Below are positions 54,055 to 64,000 of a stretch of DNA of 64,000 bases, piece after piece. The DNA lies in assembly GCA_964654185.1 (NCBI GenBank), contig CAZZIE010000006.1, forward strand, positions 2,556 to 66,555. The letters run 5' to 3'. The DNA is from an uncultured Spirochaetaceae bacterium (GTDB lineage Bacteria; Spirochaetota; Spirochaetia; DSM-27196; PWMO01). The translations under genes were made by a program, and so were the position numbers. The first letter of the stretch is position 1, and every line of letters begins with the position of its first letter. Under the pieces are notes generated by a model, which saw only the letters and a list, made by a program, of their open reading frames with translations, made no database searches and had not been told where the DNA came from.

Positions 54055-56061
54055 TTATCGCGACTCGGCGGGCCCCAGGCGGGTGGGAAGTCCGCCCACC
54101 TCCGAGCGCAGCCACGCCAGCACATCGTCCTCGTCCAGGGCGGGGCGTACCGCTTCGTAGTCATCGATAATCCGCCGACCCCGGGCAATGTCCTTCTCCC
54201 GTGACTGCTCCGCCTCGCGATAGACCGTCTCGAAGAGCTCCTCGAACTCAGCGACCTCCTCCGTGGTCACGGCGGTCAATCGGGCGGCGCTCCCGGGCTC
54301 GCGGGTCGAGCCGGCGGGGGAGGCGGTCGAGCCGGCGGCGGGGTCACTCGCGCTTCCGGCGGCCGGACCGGGGGCGGCGGTCAGGCGCAGGTAGAGCCGG
54401 AAGAAGCGGGCGTAGCGGCGGTAGGCCTCCAGGGCGCGTTCGCAGTCGGTGCGGGTTGCGAAGTTCTTGCCGAGGCCGGGCACGGCAGCGGCGTCGAGGA
54501 ATGTGCCCTCAGACGCCCCGCGGGGGGCGCGTGCGGGGTCGCCGGCCGGGGGGCGACCGGCTGCGGCGGCCACCTCCCCCGTGGACGCGTGTCCGGCGGA
54601 CGCGTGCCCGGCGGACGCGCCGCCGAGGGCGGGGGCAAGGGCCGCGGCGGCGCGGTCGAGAGCCGCCGCGAGGTCCGGCGTGATGATGCTTCCGACAGAG
54701 GGGTGGCGGTGGGCGCGGTCGCGGGCGGCGAACTTGCGCTGGTTCCGGAAGAGGGCGTAGGCGTTGGCGTAGAGACCCCAGGCGGGAAGGATCTGGTTGA
54801 TTCCCGGGGGATAGGAGCCGGCGGTGTCGATCATGGGCGTCGTTATCAGCGAAAAGGGGAGGGTTACCCGTTGGGGCAGCGTGGTGCTTCCCGTCGCGAT
54901 GATCGAGTACGGCGCCTCCCGGAAGTTCGCCGGGAACTTCACGGAGGTTCCCAGACCGAAGAAGGTGCCCTCGCCGGGCCAGATCTCCTGGTCGGCGGTG
55001 CGGGAGGTGTGGTTCGAGCCGACATTCGCTCCGTACCCGATGTTGCCGCGTCCCTCCGGCCAGAGCGCCGCGATGAGAAGACTCTGGTGGTGCATGCCGA
55101 CGAAGGGACCGACGACGGAGGCGGTGACCTCCCCTTCGGCGATCTCGGTGTTCGGCGCAATGAGGCTCTCGGTCACCTTGGCATGGCGCTCGAGATGGGC
55201 GGTCTCGAAGAGCATGCTGCGCTCGACCACTGCCCCGGTCTCCACGGTAACAGCCTCCTGCAGGACGGCGCTTCGTACCACCGCGCCGCTTGCGCACCGC
55301 GTGGGATGCTCCGCCGTAGACAGGAGCGTCGCGTCTTCGACGGCGCCGGCGGCGAGGAGCTGCGCCGCCTCACCGATTACGCTCGAGACGACGCGGCCGC
55401 ACCCTTCGACGACGGCTCCCGCCCCGACGATCGTGTCGAACGCGGGGAGCGCTTCGCGAAGCGTATCGATGAGCGCCTGGTATTCGCGGCGGCTCGCGGC
55501 GGCTCCGGAGCCGCCGGCGGCGCGGGGAGAGTCCGCGACCATGGCCGCGGCAAGGGGAAAGGCGAGATCGGGGTGGAGGCGGAGCTCCCGGCCCCCGGTC
55601 TCGACAACGGGCTCGATGGAGAGGCCGATGGCGAAGCGGCTCGCGCGCGCTGGTTGGCACGACGGAGTCGGGAGGTCACGACCCAGGACCGACTGAATCA
55701 CGACGGCGTCGCGTCCCACGAAGGCGGACCGTACCGTGGCGTTGTGGAGCCGGGCGCCTTCCGCGATCGTCGAATCGACAATGAGGGCGCCGGTGATGCG
55801 GGCGCCGTCGAGGATGCAGTGGCCGCCGAAGTAGCTCCCCCGGATGCCGGCGAGGTCGAAGGCGGGGCCGACGGTGACCCGGCCCCACTCCTCGGCGCCG
55901 TTACCCTGCGCCTCCAGGCGCGCAATCTCCTCGGGAGTGAGCGGGCGGGTCCGGGTTTCCGGCGGCGCCTGGCCGGGCCGGGCGGGCAGGGAGCGCAGGA
56001 AGCGCGCAAGATTCATGGGAGTCGGATTGTCCGTGATCCAGGCCAGGTCGTCGGGTCTCAT
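54055..56061 (-). CDS. Left-handed beta-helix-type protein (DUF4954-like) with low-complexity insertions
   Basis: N-terminal LTPEEIARLEAQGNGAEEWGRVTV and hexapeptide-like repeats match my recollection of DUF4954. It contains the in-frame 15-bp x3 repeat at 54583-54627. Confidence 0.6.
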   Translation of the reverse strand: MRPDDLAWITDNPTPMNLARFLRSLPARPGQAPPETRTRPLTPEEIARLEAQGNGAEEWGRVTVGPAFDLAGIRGSYFGGHCILDGARITGALIVDSTIAEGARLHNATVRSAFVGRDAVVIQSVLGRDLPTPSCQPARASRFAIGLSIEPVVETGGRELRLHPDLAFPLAAAMVADSPRAAGGSGAAASRREYQALIDTLREALPAFDTIVGAGAVVEGCGRVVSSVIGEAAQLLAAGAVEDATLLSTAEHPTRCASGAVVRSAVLQEAVTVETGAVVERSMLFETAHLERHAKVTESLIAPNTEIAEGEVTASVVGPFVGMHHQSLLIAALWPEGRGNIGYGANVGSNHTSRTADQEIWPGEGTFFGLGTSVKFPANFREAPYSIIATGSTTLPQRVTLPFSLITTPMIDTAGSYPPGINQILPAWGLYANAYALFRNQRKFAARDRAHRHPSVGSIITPDLAAALDRAAAALAPALGGASAGHASAGHASTGEVAAAAGRPPAGDPARAPRGASEGTFLDAAAVPGLGKNFATRTDCERALEAYRRYARFFRLYLRLTAAPGPAAGSASDPAAGSTASPAGSTREPGSAARLTAVTTEEVAEFEELFETVYREAEQSREKDIARGRRIIDDYEAVRPALDEDDVLAWLRSEVGGLPTRLGPAESR

Positions 56062-56244
56062 GGCTTACGGTAGCATGCCCGCACACGCCTGAAAAAGCCG
56101 CATCCCGGCGCTGCGGTGCGGCGTGAAATGCGTGGCAGGACTCATCGATTTCTAATATAACCGGTGTGGGTTCCGTGTATACTCCGGGTCGATACCCATG
56201 AACGGCGGCGGGTCACCCGCCGCAGCCGGACGGGAGGGAAGCTT

Positions 56245-57564
56245 GTGGCACAGCAAACCGAGGATGCCGGGCGCGCACCGCGCCTGACGAAGGAAGAGCG
56301 GAGCTGGATTCTGTACGATGTCGCCAACTCCGCGTTCATTCTCATTGTGGTAACGACGCTCATGCCCATCTTCTTCAAGGGCGTGGCGGCGGCGGACCTG
56401 CCGGGAAACCGGTCGACGGCGCTCTGGGGCTACACCAACTCGATCGCCTCGATCTTTCTGGCGGTCCTGGCGCCGATTCTGGGAAGCTTTGCCGACTACA
56501 AGGGGATGAAGAAACGCCTCTTCCTGCTCTTCTTCGGTCTGGGCGTGATCATGACCTTCCTCTTCACCACCATCGGGGAGGGTATGTGGCAGTACGGCAT
56601 GCTCATTACCATCATCGGGCTGGTCGGATACTCCGGGGCGAACCTCTTCTACGACTCCTTCATTACCGATGTCACCACCGATGAGCGGATGGACCGCATC
56701 TCCACGCAGGGCTACGCCTGGGGGTACGTCGGCAGCATTGTGCCCTTTGCCATTGCCTTCGTGTTCATTCTCATGCCCGGTATCATCGGCGGCAGCCAGA
56801 CTCTTGCCACCCGCCTGGCCTTCGTGATTACCGGCGTCTGGTGGTTCGCCTTCTCGATCCCGCTGATCCGGAACGTGCAGCAGAGCTACTTCGTCGAGCG
56901 GGAGCGTCATCCGATCCGCGGCGCTTTCCGGCGGCTCGGCAAGACCTTCAGCCACATCCGGAGCTACCGGAATGCCTTCCTCTTTCTCATTGCGTACTTC
57001 TTCTACATTGACGGGGTCGGAACCATCATCAAGATGGCGACCTCCTACGGCACCGACATCGGTATGGGGCAGACGGAGCTGATTCTCGTGGTGCTGGCCA
57101 TTCAGATCATCGCCTTCCCCTTCGCCCTCATCTACGGGACGCTGGCGAAGCGCTACAGCGCCAAGGCCATGCTCTTCGTGGGCATCTGCGTCTACGTGGT
57201 CGTCACGGTTCTCGGCTTCTTCCTGCCGGACTTCCAGGACCGCACCTTCCAGCGCATCATGTTCTGGGCCATGGCCTTCCTGGTCGGCACCTCCCAGGGG
57301 GGCATCCAGGCGTTGAGCCGCTCCTTCTTCGGTACCCTCATTCCGAAGTCGCGCTCCGGCGAGTTCTACGGCTTCTACAACATCTTCGGGAAGTTCGCCG
57401 CCATCCTGGGTCCCTTCCTCCTGGGCATTGCCTCGGACATTACCGGGGAGTCCCGCTACGGCGTCCTGAGCATCGTGGTGCTCTTCGTCATCGGCGGCGT
57501 TGTGCTGGTCTTCGTGCACCGCAAGCCGGAACGCGTGGAAGACCCCGCGGTTACCGACGTGTAG
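56245..57564 (+). CDS. MFS transporter (UMF1/Atg22-like)
   Basis: About 12 TM segments with WILYDVANSAF near the N-terminus. GTG at 56245 follows a GGGAGGG SD; the track start at 56164 is less likely. Confidence 0.8.
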   Translation: MAQQTEDAGRAPRLTKEERSWILYDVANSAFILIVVTTLMPIFFKGVAAADLPGNRSTALWGYTNSIASIFLAVLAPILGSFADYKGMKKRLFLLFFGLGVIMTFLFTTIGEGMWQYGMLITIIGLVGYSGANLFYDSFITDVTTDERMDRISTQGYAWGYVGSIVPFAIAFVFILMPGIIGGSQTLATRLAFVITGVWWFAFSIPLIRNVQQSYFVERERHPIRGAFRRLGKTFSHIRSYRNAFLFLIAYFFYIDGVGTIIKMATSYGTDIGMGQTELILVVLAIQIIAFPFALIYGTLAKRYSAKAMLFVGICVYVVVTVLGFFLPDFQDRTFQRIMFWAMAFLVGTSQGGIQALSRSFFGTLIPKSRSGEFYGFYNIFGKFAAILGPFLLGIASDITGESRYGVLSIVVLFVIGGVVLVFVHRKPERVEDPAVTDV

Positions 57565-57567
57565 GCC

Positions 57568-57685
57568 GGGCCGGCGCGCCGGGGCGGGCGGCGCAAAAGC
57601 GCGCGCACCAGGGCCGGTCGTGCAGGGGCGGAGGCGTCCCCCGCGTCGCCCAGGGGTCGGGGCCGGCGCGCCGGGGCGGGCGGCG
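57568..57685. repeat. 26-bp perfect direct repeat x2 (92-bp period) in a GC-rich intergenic gap
   Basis: gggccggcgcgccggggcgggcggcg occurs at 57568-57593 and 57660-57685. Confidence 0.8.
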
Positions 57686-57825
57686 AGGGACAGCGGCGGC
57701 GGCACCCTCCCTGCCGCCGGCACCACCGCCGGAACAGGTCGTCACGGTGTTTCTTGACCGGGGGGTTCGGCAGCCTCTACACTACCTTCGCATCTGTGCA
57801 GGTGCGCATCTTGGGAGGTGGCCCC

Positions 57826-59319
57826 ATGGACTACGCCATTGCCGTCTTCGACGTCGGCAAGACCAATAAGAAGCTCTTCATCTATGACGACTCCTTCCAG
57901 CAGCTCGATTCGGTGACCAAGCGCTTCGAGCCGATCGATGTGCGGGGTATCCGGGCGGAGCCGGTGGAGGACATGGAAGAGTGGCTCCTGGACGAGCTGA
58001 AGCGCTTTCACGTCCAGTACCCCATCAAGGTCATCTCCATTACCACGCACGGTGCCGCCAGCGTCTGCGTCGGTGCCGACGGTACGCCGTCGGTTCCTGC
58101 GGTGGATTACACCTTCGATCCCGAAGACGACACCCGGGACGCCTTCTACGAGGAGATGGGCGATCCGGTGAAGCTCCAGCAGGAGACGGCGACCATTGAG
58201 GTCCAGCCCCTGGTGAATCCCGGGAAGGCGCTCTTCTTCCTGAAGCGCCGCTTTCCGGATGACTTCGCGAAGACGAAGCACGTCCTCTTCTATCCGCAGT
58301 ACTTCGGCTTCCGACTCACCGGCGAGGTCGCCGCGGACTACACCTACGTGGGTTGTCACACCTACCTCTGGAACTTCGACGCCTTTGAGTACTCCGCTGT
58401 CGCCGACAAGCTCGGGATTCGCGAGCTCCTGCCGACGGACATGAAGGAGCCCTGGGATGTCCTGGGGCCCATAACGGGGAGCGTAGCGGAGCGAACGGGA
58501 CTGCCGAAGGACACCATTGTGACGGCGGGGATCCACGACTCGAACGCCTCCCTCGTCCCGTACCTCCTCACGACGACGGAGGACTTCACCCTCAACTCCA
58601 CGGGAACCTGGTGCGTCGCCATGCATCCGAGCGAAGCCGTCGCCTTCACCGAGGATGAGCTCGGCAAGTCGGTCTTCTACAACCTCTCGGCATTCGGAAC
58701 TCCCGTGAAGACATCCATCCTGTCCGGCGGCCTGGAGTTCGAGACGTATACATCGATCCTCCAGAAACTGAACAAGGTCGACTACTTCCCGGAGCTCAAC
58801 ATGGCGCTCTACCAGCGCGCCATCCGGCAGCGGTCGCACTTCATCTTCCCCAGCATTCTCAAAGGGACGGGACAGTTTCCCGACTCGACGCCCCGGGTCT
58901 ACGAGGACGGAGAGATGTACTCCCTGGAGGAGATTCAGAAGGGCGAGCGCATTCCGAACTTCTTCTTCGACTATCCCGCGGCGTACGCGGTGTTGAATCT
59001 GTCACTGGCCATTCAGAGCAAGGTCGCCCTGGAGCGGGTCGGGGCGCGGGACGGACAGCGCATCTTCACCGAGGGGGGCTTCCGGAACAACCCGGACTAC
59101 AACACTCTGATCTCCGCGGCATTTCCGGGAGCATCGATCGCGCTGAGCAACATGAGCGAGGCAACCTCCTACGGCGCGGCCATTATCGGCGCGACCGCCT
59201 ATGAGAAGCGACCGCCGAAGGAGCTCGCCTCCCGCATCAATATAGATGCCCACACCTTCCGCAACGCATCCTTCGATGGTTTGGACGCGTACATCGAGCG
59301 GTTCATGGAACTGCTCTAA
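57826..59319 (+). CDS. FGGY-family carbohydrate kinase
   Basis: N-terminus AIAVFDVGKTN, HDSNAS and a two-domain size. ATG at 57826 follows GGGAGGTG. Confidence 0.8.
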   Translation: MDYAIAVFDVGKTNKKLFIYDDSFQQLDSVTKRFEPIDVRGIRAEPVEDMEEWLLDELKRFHVQYPIKVISITTHGAASVCVGADGTPSVPAVDYTFDPEDDTRDAFYEEMGDPVKLQQETATIEVQPLVNPGKALFFLKRRFPDDFAKTKHVLFYPQYFGFRLTGEVAADYTYVGCHTYLWNFDAFEYSAVADKLGIRELLPTDMKEPWDVLGPITGSVAERTGLPKDTIVTAGIHDSNASLVPYLLTTTEDFTLNSTGTWCVAMHPSEAVAFTEDELGKSVFYNLSAFGTPVKTSILSGGLEFETYTSILQKLNKVDYFPELNMALYQRAIRQRSHFIFPSILKGTGQFPDSTPRVYEDGEMYSLEEIQKGERIPNFFFDYPAAYAVLNLSLAIQSKVALERVGARDGQRIFTEGGFRNNPDYNTLISAAFPGASIALSNMSEATSYGAAIIGATAYEKRPPKELASRINIDAHTFRNASFDGLDAYIERFMELL

Positions 59320-59337
59320 CACCACGGGAGCACATAC

Positions 59338-60081
59338 ATGACTGTCATACCGGCTATCGACATCCTTCAGGGGGAGTGCGTCCGCCTCTCGCAGGGCAAG
59401 TACGAAGAGGTCACCGTCTACGACGCCGACCCCGTCGCGGTTGCGCGCTCCTTCGCCAGGGCGGGAGCCACGCGCATCCACCTTGTGGACCTGGACGCCG
59501 CCCACGGCGATCCGGAACGCAACCATCGCGTCATTCGCAGGATCCGCAAGGCGGTCCCCGACGCCATCCTGGAGCTCGGCGGCGGCGTCCGTCGGGACGA
59601 CGACATTGAGACCCTCCTCGACATGGGAATCGACCGCCTTGTCCTGGGCACCACCTTTGCCCGGCGCCCGGAGATGGTGCAGGGGTGGAGCGCCCACTAC
59701 GGCAGCGTCTTCCTGGCAGGCATCGACGCCCGGGACGGGCACGTCTACGTCTCCGGCTGGGAGGAAGCCACCACCGTCGCCGCGGAGGACCTGGCGCGGC
59801 GCGCCCACGAGTACGGCGCCGCCGGCATCATCTACACAAACATCGCCCGGGACGGCATGCTCCAGGGCCCCGCCGTGGATGAAACCAACGCCATTGCGCA
59901 AACCGCCCGGCTCCCGGTCATCCTCTCCGGCGGCGTCCGCAGCCTGGAGGACGTCCGTCAGGTGGACGCCCGCAAAGCGCAGAACGTGGTCGGCGTGATT
60001 GTCGGCAAGGCGCTCTACGAGGGCCGCTTCGACCTGGAAGAGCTCTTCACCGAATACCCCGGCGAGCAGGGAGAGTGGTAA
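59338..60081 (+). CDS. hisA: ProFAR isomerase HisA
   Basis: VIPAIDILQGECVRL, HLVDLD and GGGVR motifs, plus a C-terminal SGGV. Confidence 0.92.
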   Translation: MTVIPAIDILQGECVRLSQGKYEEVTVYDADPVAVARSFARAGATRIHLVDLDAAHGDPERNHRVIRRIRKAVPDAILELGGGVRRDDDIETLLDMGIDRLVLGTTFARRPEMVQGWSAHYGSVFLAGIDARDGHVYVSGWEEATTVAAEDLARRAHEYGAAGIIYTNIARDGMLQGPAVDETNAIAQTARLPVILSGGVRSLEDVRQVDARKAQNVVGVIVGKALYEGRFDLEELFTEYPGEQGEW

Positions 60082-60827
60082 TGGAACCAGATTCCGGGGC
60101 CGATGCCGACGGCCTGAACCGCGATGTCCTTCCCGTCGTCGTACAGGACCAGACCGGCGCGGTGGTCGCCGTTGCCGCCACCAACGACAAGGGCCACAAG
60201 AAGAGCATTGAGCGCGGCGAGCTCTGGATCGTCGACGAGCAGACCGGCCGCCTCCTCCCCCACCCCGGCCCGCTCCCCGTCACCGCCGTAACCAGGCAGG
60301 CCGGCTGGTACCTGGCCACCACGCCGGGCGGCGGGGATCCCCCCGGCGGGGACCGCGCCGGTACCGCGCAACCGAGCAGCGCCGGCGGCGAGACCGCGGC
60401 GAATGCGGATGCCCCCGGCGCGGGCGCGCAATCGAGGGGCGGCGCCGCGGGCGCGTCGATGTCGGCGCCCGGAGCGCAGGGCGGATACGGCACCGACGCG
60501 GCCGGCGACGCGCGAGCCGCCATCGGTTCGGCGGGTGCCGCGGGCGGCGGCCCGGATGTCTCCGTCCTGACCGACCTCTGGGCAACCATTCAGGAGCGCA
60601 ACCGATCGCGGCCGGAGGGATCCTACACCACCCATCTCTTCACGCAGGGCGAAGAGAAGATCCGGAAGAAGACCGGCGAAGAGGCGGTGGAGCTTCTTTT
60701 AGCGCGGAGCACCGATGAGACGGTCCACGAGGCGGCGGATCTGATCTACCACCTGCTGGTGCTGCTCGAATCCAGCGGGGTGGGAATTGATGCCCTGCTT
60801 GCGGAGCTGCGGCGCCGGGCGGGGTGA
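60081..60827 (+). CDS. hisE: Phosphoribosyl-ATP pyrophosphatase (HisE) domain preceded by a truncated HisI-like segment and a ~110-aa Gly/Ala-rich linker
   Basis: The C-terminus (SYTTHLF..KIRKKTGEEAVELLLA..EAADLIYHLLVLL) is HisE. The N-terminus (LPVVVQDQTGAVV..ELW..EQTG) resembles only the first part of HisI. TAATG overlap with hisA. Confidence 0.8.
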   Translation: MEPDSGADADGLNRDVLPVVVQDQTGAVVAVAATNDKGHKKSIERGELWIVDEQTGRLLPHPGPLPVTAVTRQAGWYLATTPGGGDPPGGDRAGTAQPSSAGGETAANADAPGAGAQSRGGAAGASMSAPGAQGGYGTDAAGDARAAIGSAGAAGGGPDVSVLTDLWATIQERNRSRPEGSYTTHLFTQGEEKIRKKTGEEAVELLLARSTDETVHEAADLIYHLLVLLESSGVGIDALLAELRRRAG

Positions 60828-60863
60828 AGCTCCCGCGCGGCGGGCCGCCGCCCCATGGGAAGG

Positions 60864-62111
<1,248 letters not shown>

Positions 62112-62127
62112 TCAGTTCGGAATACGA

Positions 62128-62934
62128 TCAGTAGGGAACATAGTCAATGCGGCGCCACTCCGCAAAGAACCCGTCGGCGATCGCAGGAGCAGGCTCGCCG
62201 CGGTCGGGAGCGTCGGTACCCGGGGTGGGATCGCCCGGCGCGTTCGGCATCTCGGCAGGGCTGCTTGGCGCACCTGCGTGCGGAGAGGCGCCGCCTGCGG
62301 AGGCACCGTCGGTGTAGGAGGTGGGCTCCACGTGGCAGTGGAAGATGCCGCAGTTGCTCGCCTTGATCACGGGCATCCACGCCTGTTCGGGACCGGCAAA
62401 GGTGGCTTTGAGGATCCACTGCATGAAGCCGGCGTGAGTCACCGCGATCACGACGTCGGCGCCGCCGTTGGCCTGGTCGATGAGGTGGTTCCACGCGGCG
62501 ACCGCACGTCCGTATAGTGAGGCAATACGCTCGGCCCCATCGACCACTTCCCAGCTGTGGACGCGGAAGCGTCCGAAGGCCTCCGGCATGTCCCGGGCGA
62601 GCTCCCCGAGCCCCTTTCCGGCAAAGACGCCGGCGTCCAGCTCCACGAGCTCGTCCCGCGGAGCCGGCGCAGGGAGGCCCGCCTCCTCCGCAATGAGCGC
62701 CGCAGTCTCGCGACAGCGCGTGAGGGGTGAGGTCGTGACGTAAGCATCGACCTCTGAGGAGATTTCTTCGGCAAAGAAGCGTCCTGCGGCGCGAGCGTGG
62801 TCGCGGCCCAGGTCGGAGAGGCCGAGGTCCATGCGGCCGAGGATCTTGCCGGCGCGGTTGCCTTCACTCTCGCCGTGCCGGACGAAGTAGAACTCCGTCG
62901 GCCGGCGGAGGGTTCTGAGGTCGAGTCGCTGCAT
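62128..62934 (-). CDS. Histidine phosphatase (phosphoglycerate-mutase-like) family protein with a low-complexity C-terminal insert
   Basis: The RHG motif is present (FYFVRHGESEGN). Confidence 0.85.
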   Translation of the reverse strand: MQRLDLRTLRRPTEFYFVRHGESEGNRAGKILGRMDLGLSDLGRDHARAAGRFFAEEISSEVDAYVTTSPLTRCRETAALIAEEAGLPAPAPRDELVELDAGVFAGKGLGELARDMPEAFGRFRVHSWEVVDGAERIASLYGRAVAAWNHLIDQANGGADVVIAVTHAGFMQWILKATFAGPEQAWMPVIKASNCGIFHCHVEPTSYTDGASAGGASPHAGAPSSPAEMPNAPGDPTPGTDAPDRGEPAPAIADGFFAEWRRIDYVPY

Positions 62935-62937
62935 GTG

Positions 62938-64000
62938 CTAATACCGGAGGACGATGTCGCCCTGCACCGAGTCGTCGTTGTACTTGACCATGAGGGTCTC
63001 GGTGACGGCGTTGTAGTGACGGCCCTTGATGTAGCGCTCGAAGCTGGGATCATTGCGCCAGGACTGTTCGAAGAGGACCATGCTGTCGAAGGGCGGCACG
63101 CCCTGAACGAAGAGGTAGTGGGTACGGTTCCGGGGATAGCTTATTGTTATGCGATACTCACTCGAGGAGATCGAGATGTCCTCGATTCCGGCGATGGTGT
63201 AGATCCAGCTGTCCCGGCCGAGCTCGCTGAAGAGGGAGACCTGGCGCGGGTACCAGGGGTTGTCCGAGAGGAGACGGTAGACCTCTTCGGGGCCGCTGGA
63301 CCCGACGGTTCCCTGCAGAGTGCCGTCGCCGAGGTAGAGCGTCGACGGGAGAAAGCCCGTCTCGTCAGTGAAGGCCAGGGCGGAGACAACGAGGTTGCGT
63401 CCAAGACGGACCAGTGCGTCCTCGCCCTGCCGGAGGCCCATCTGCTCGGCAATGACACCGGCGTGAACGGAGGCAATGACGTCAACCTGTCCCGGGCTCG
63501 ACTCCAGGTAGAAAGCGTCGTCGATCCGGACGATACGCGGAACGATCTCCTCTTCCAGGACCGCCTGGAAGTCCGCGAAGACCTCGCGGCTCTCCTGATT
63601 GGGCAGCGGCGACAGGACGGCGTTGTGCAGGAGACCGATGGTCTGGAAGACGTCCAGGCTGCGGTAATCGAGCTCCCGGGCAAAGGCAATGATCTCCGCG
63701 TATAGTGCCGGCGAGCCGCGATCGACGGCGAACTGGACCACGTCCGACCGCGTGAAGAGGTCGGGATCGCGGCGCCGCGCCAGGTCGAGAAGCTGTGCCG
63801 TTCGCTCCTCGTCGGCCTGGAGGTAGCGCTCGCGAACCTCCCGGAGGTCCCCCAGGAACGGAGCCGAGAGGAGACCCACGGCGTCTGGATGGGCGTCGGC
63901 AGCGCGGCGCATGTCGTTGAAGGCGCCGGTGTACTGGTTGCGCTCCCACGCTTCCGCCAGGACCGCCGTGAGAATGCGCTCATCGAAGACAGGAGACCCT
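62938..64000 (-). CDS. Conserved-looking protein of unknown function, 5' partial (frame open to the window end)
   Basis: Natural composition throughout. I translated 63913-63999 on the minus strand and found no stop. The stop lies 3 nt before the phosphatase ATG. Confidence 0.6.
   Translation of the reverse strand, partial: GSPVFDERILTAVLAEAWERNQYTGAFNDMRRAADAHPDAVGLLSAPFLGDLREVRERYLQADEERTAQLLDLARRRDPDLFTRSDVVQFAVDRGSPALYAEIIAFARELDYRSLDVFQTIGLLHNAVLSPLPNQESREVFADFQAVLEEEIVPRIVRIDDAFYLESSPGQVDVIASVHAGVIAEQMGLRQGEDALVRLGRNLVVSALAFTDETGFLPSTLYLGDGTLQGTVGSSGPEEVYRLLSDNPWYPRQVSLFSELGRDSWIYTIAGIEDISISSSEYRITISYPRNRTHYLFVQGVPPFDSMVLFEQSWRNDPSFERYIKGRHYNAVTETLMVKYNDDSVQGDIVLRY

Overview
This is a high-GC bacterial chromosomal segment that is almost fully coding. 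I call about 50 CDS and find no rRNA, tRNA, CRISPR array, integrase or transposase. Most content is housekeeping: radA, pntAA/AB/B, rpmB, murA, ask-thrC, hisA, leuB, rsmE and ctpA. There are also several envelope, lipoprotein and signalling modules: two PlsC-like acyltransferases, lnt, lgt, an OmpA-like protein, GAF-HD-GYP, a class-III cyclase fusion and a sigma54-type activator. The gene content would fit a free-living spirochaete-like diderm (FapA plus a FlhG/MinD-like ATPase, a cyclophilin-FKBP fusion, Asp-type MurA, three-part Pnt), but that is a guess. Many genes are translationally coupled through ATGA, GTGA or TGATG overlaps. The ORF track uses ATG/GTG/TTG starts and contains many long antisense or off-frame ORFs typical of high-GC DNA, which I rejected. 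I see no recognisable defence system. The best candidates for something undescribed are:
- a less GC-rich four-gene PspA module (STAS-zinc ribbon, YbjN-like, PspA, pseudo-receiver OmpR-type regulator);
- a 4TM / MinD-like / giant multi-repeat FapA / Lgt coupled operon;
- an overlapping operon of two LptF/G-topology permeases, a DjlA-like J-protein and a PAP2 variant;
- a 24-bp inverted repeat that fills one intergenic gap and buries a start codon.
Other recurring oddities are GC-rich in-frame low-complexity insertions in conserved enzymes and short tandem repeats in intergenic gaps. All family assignments come from motif reading only; no searches were run.
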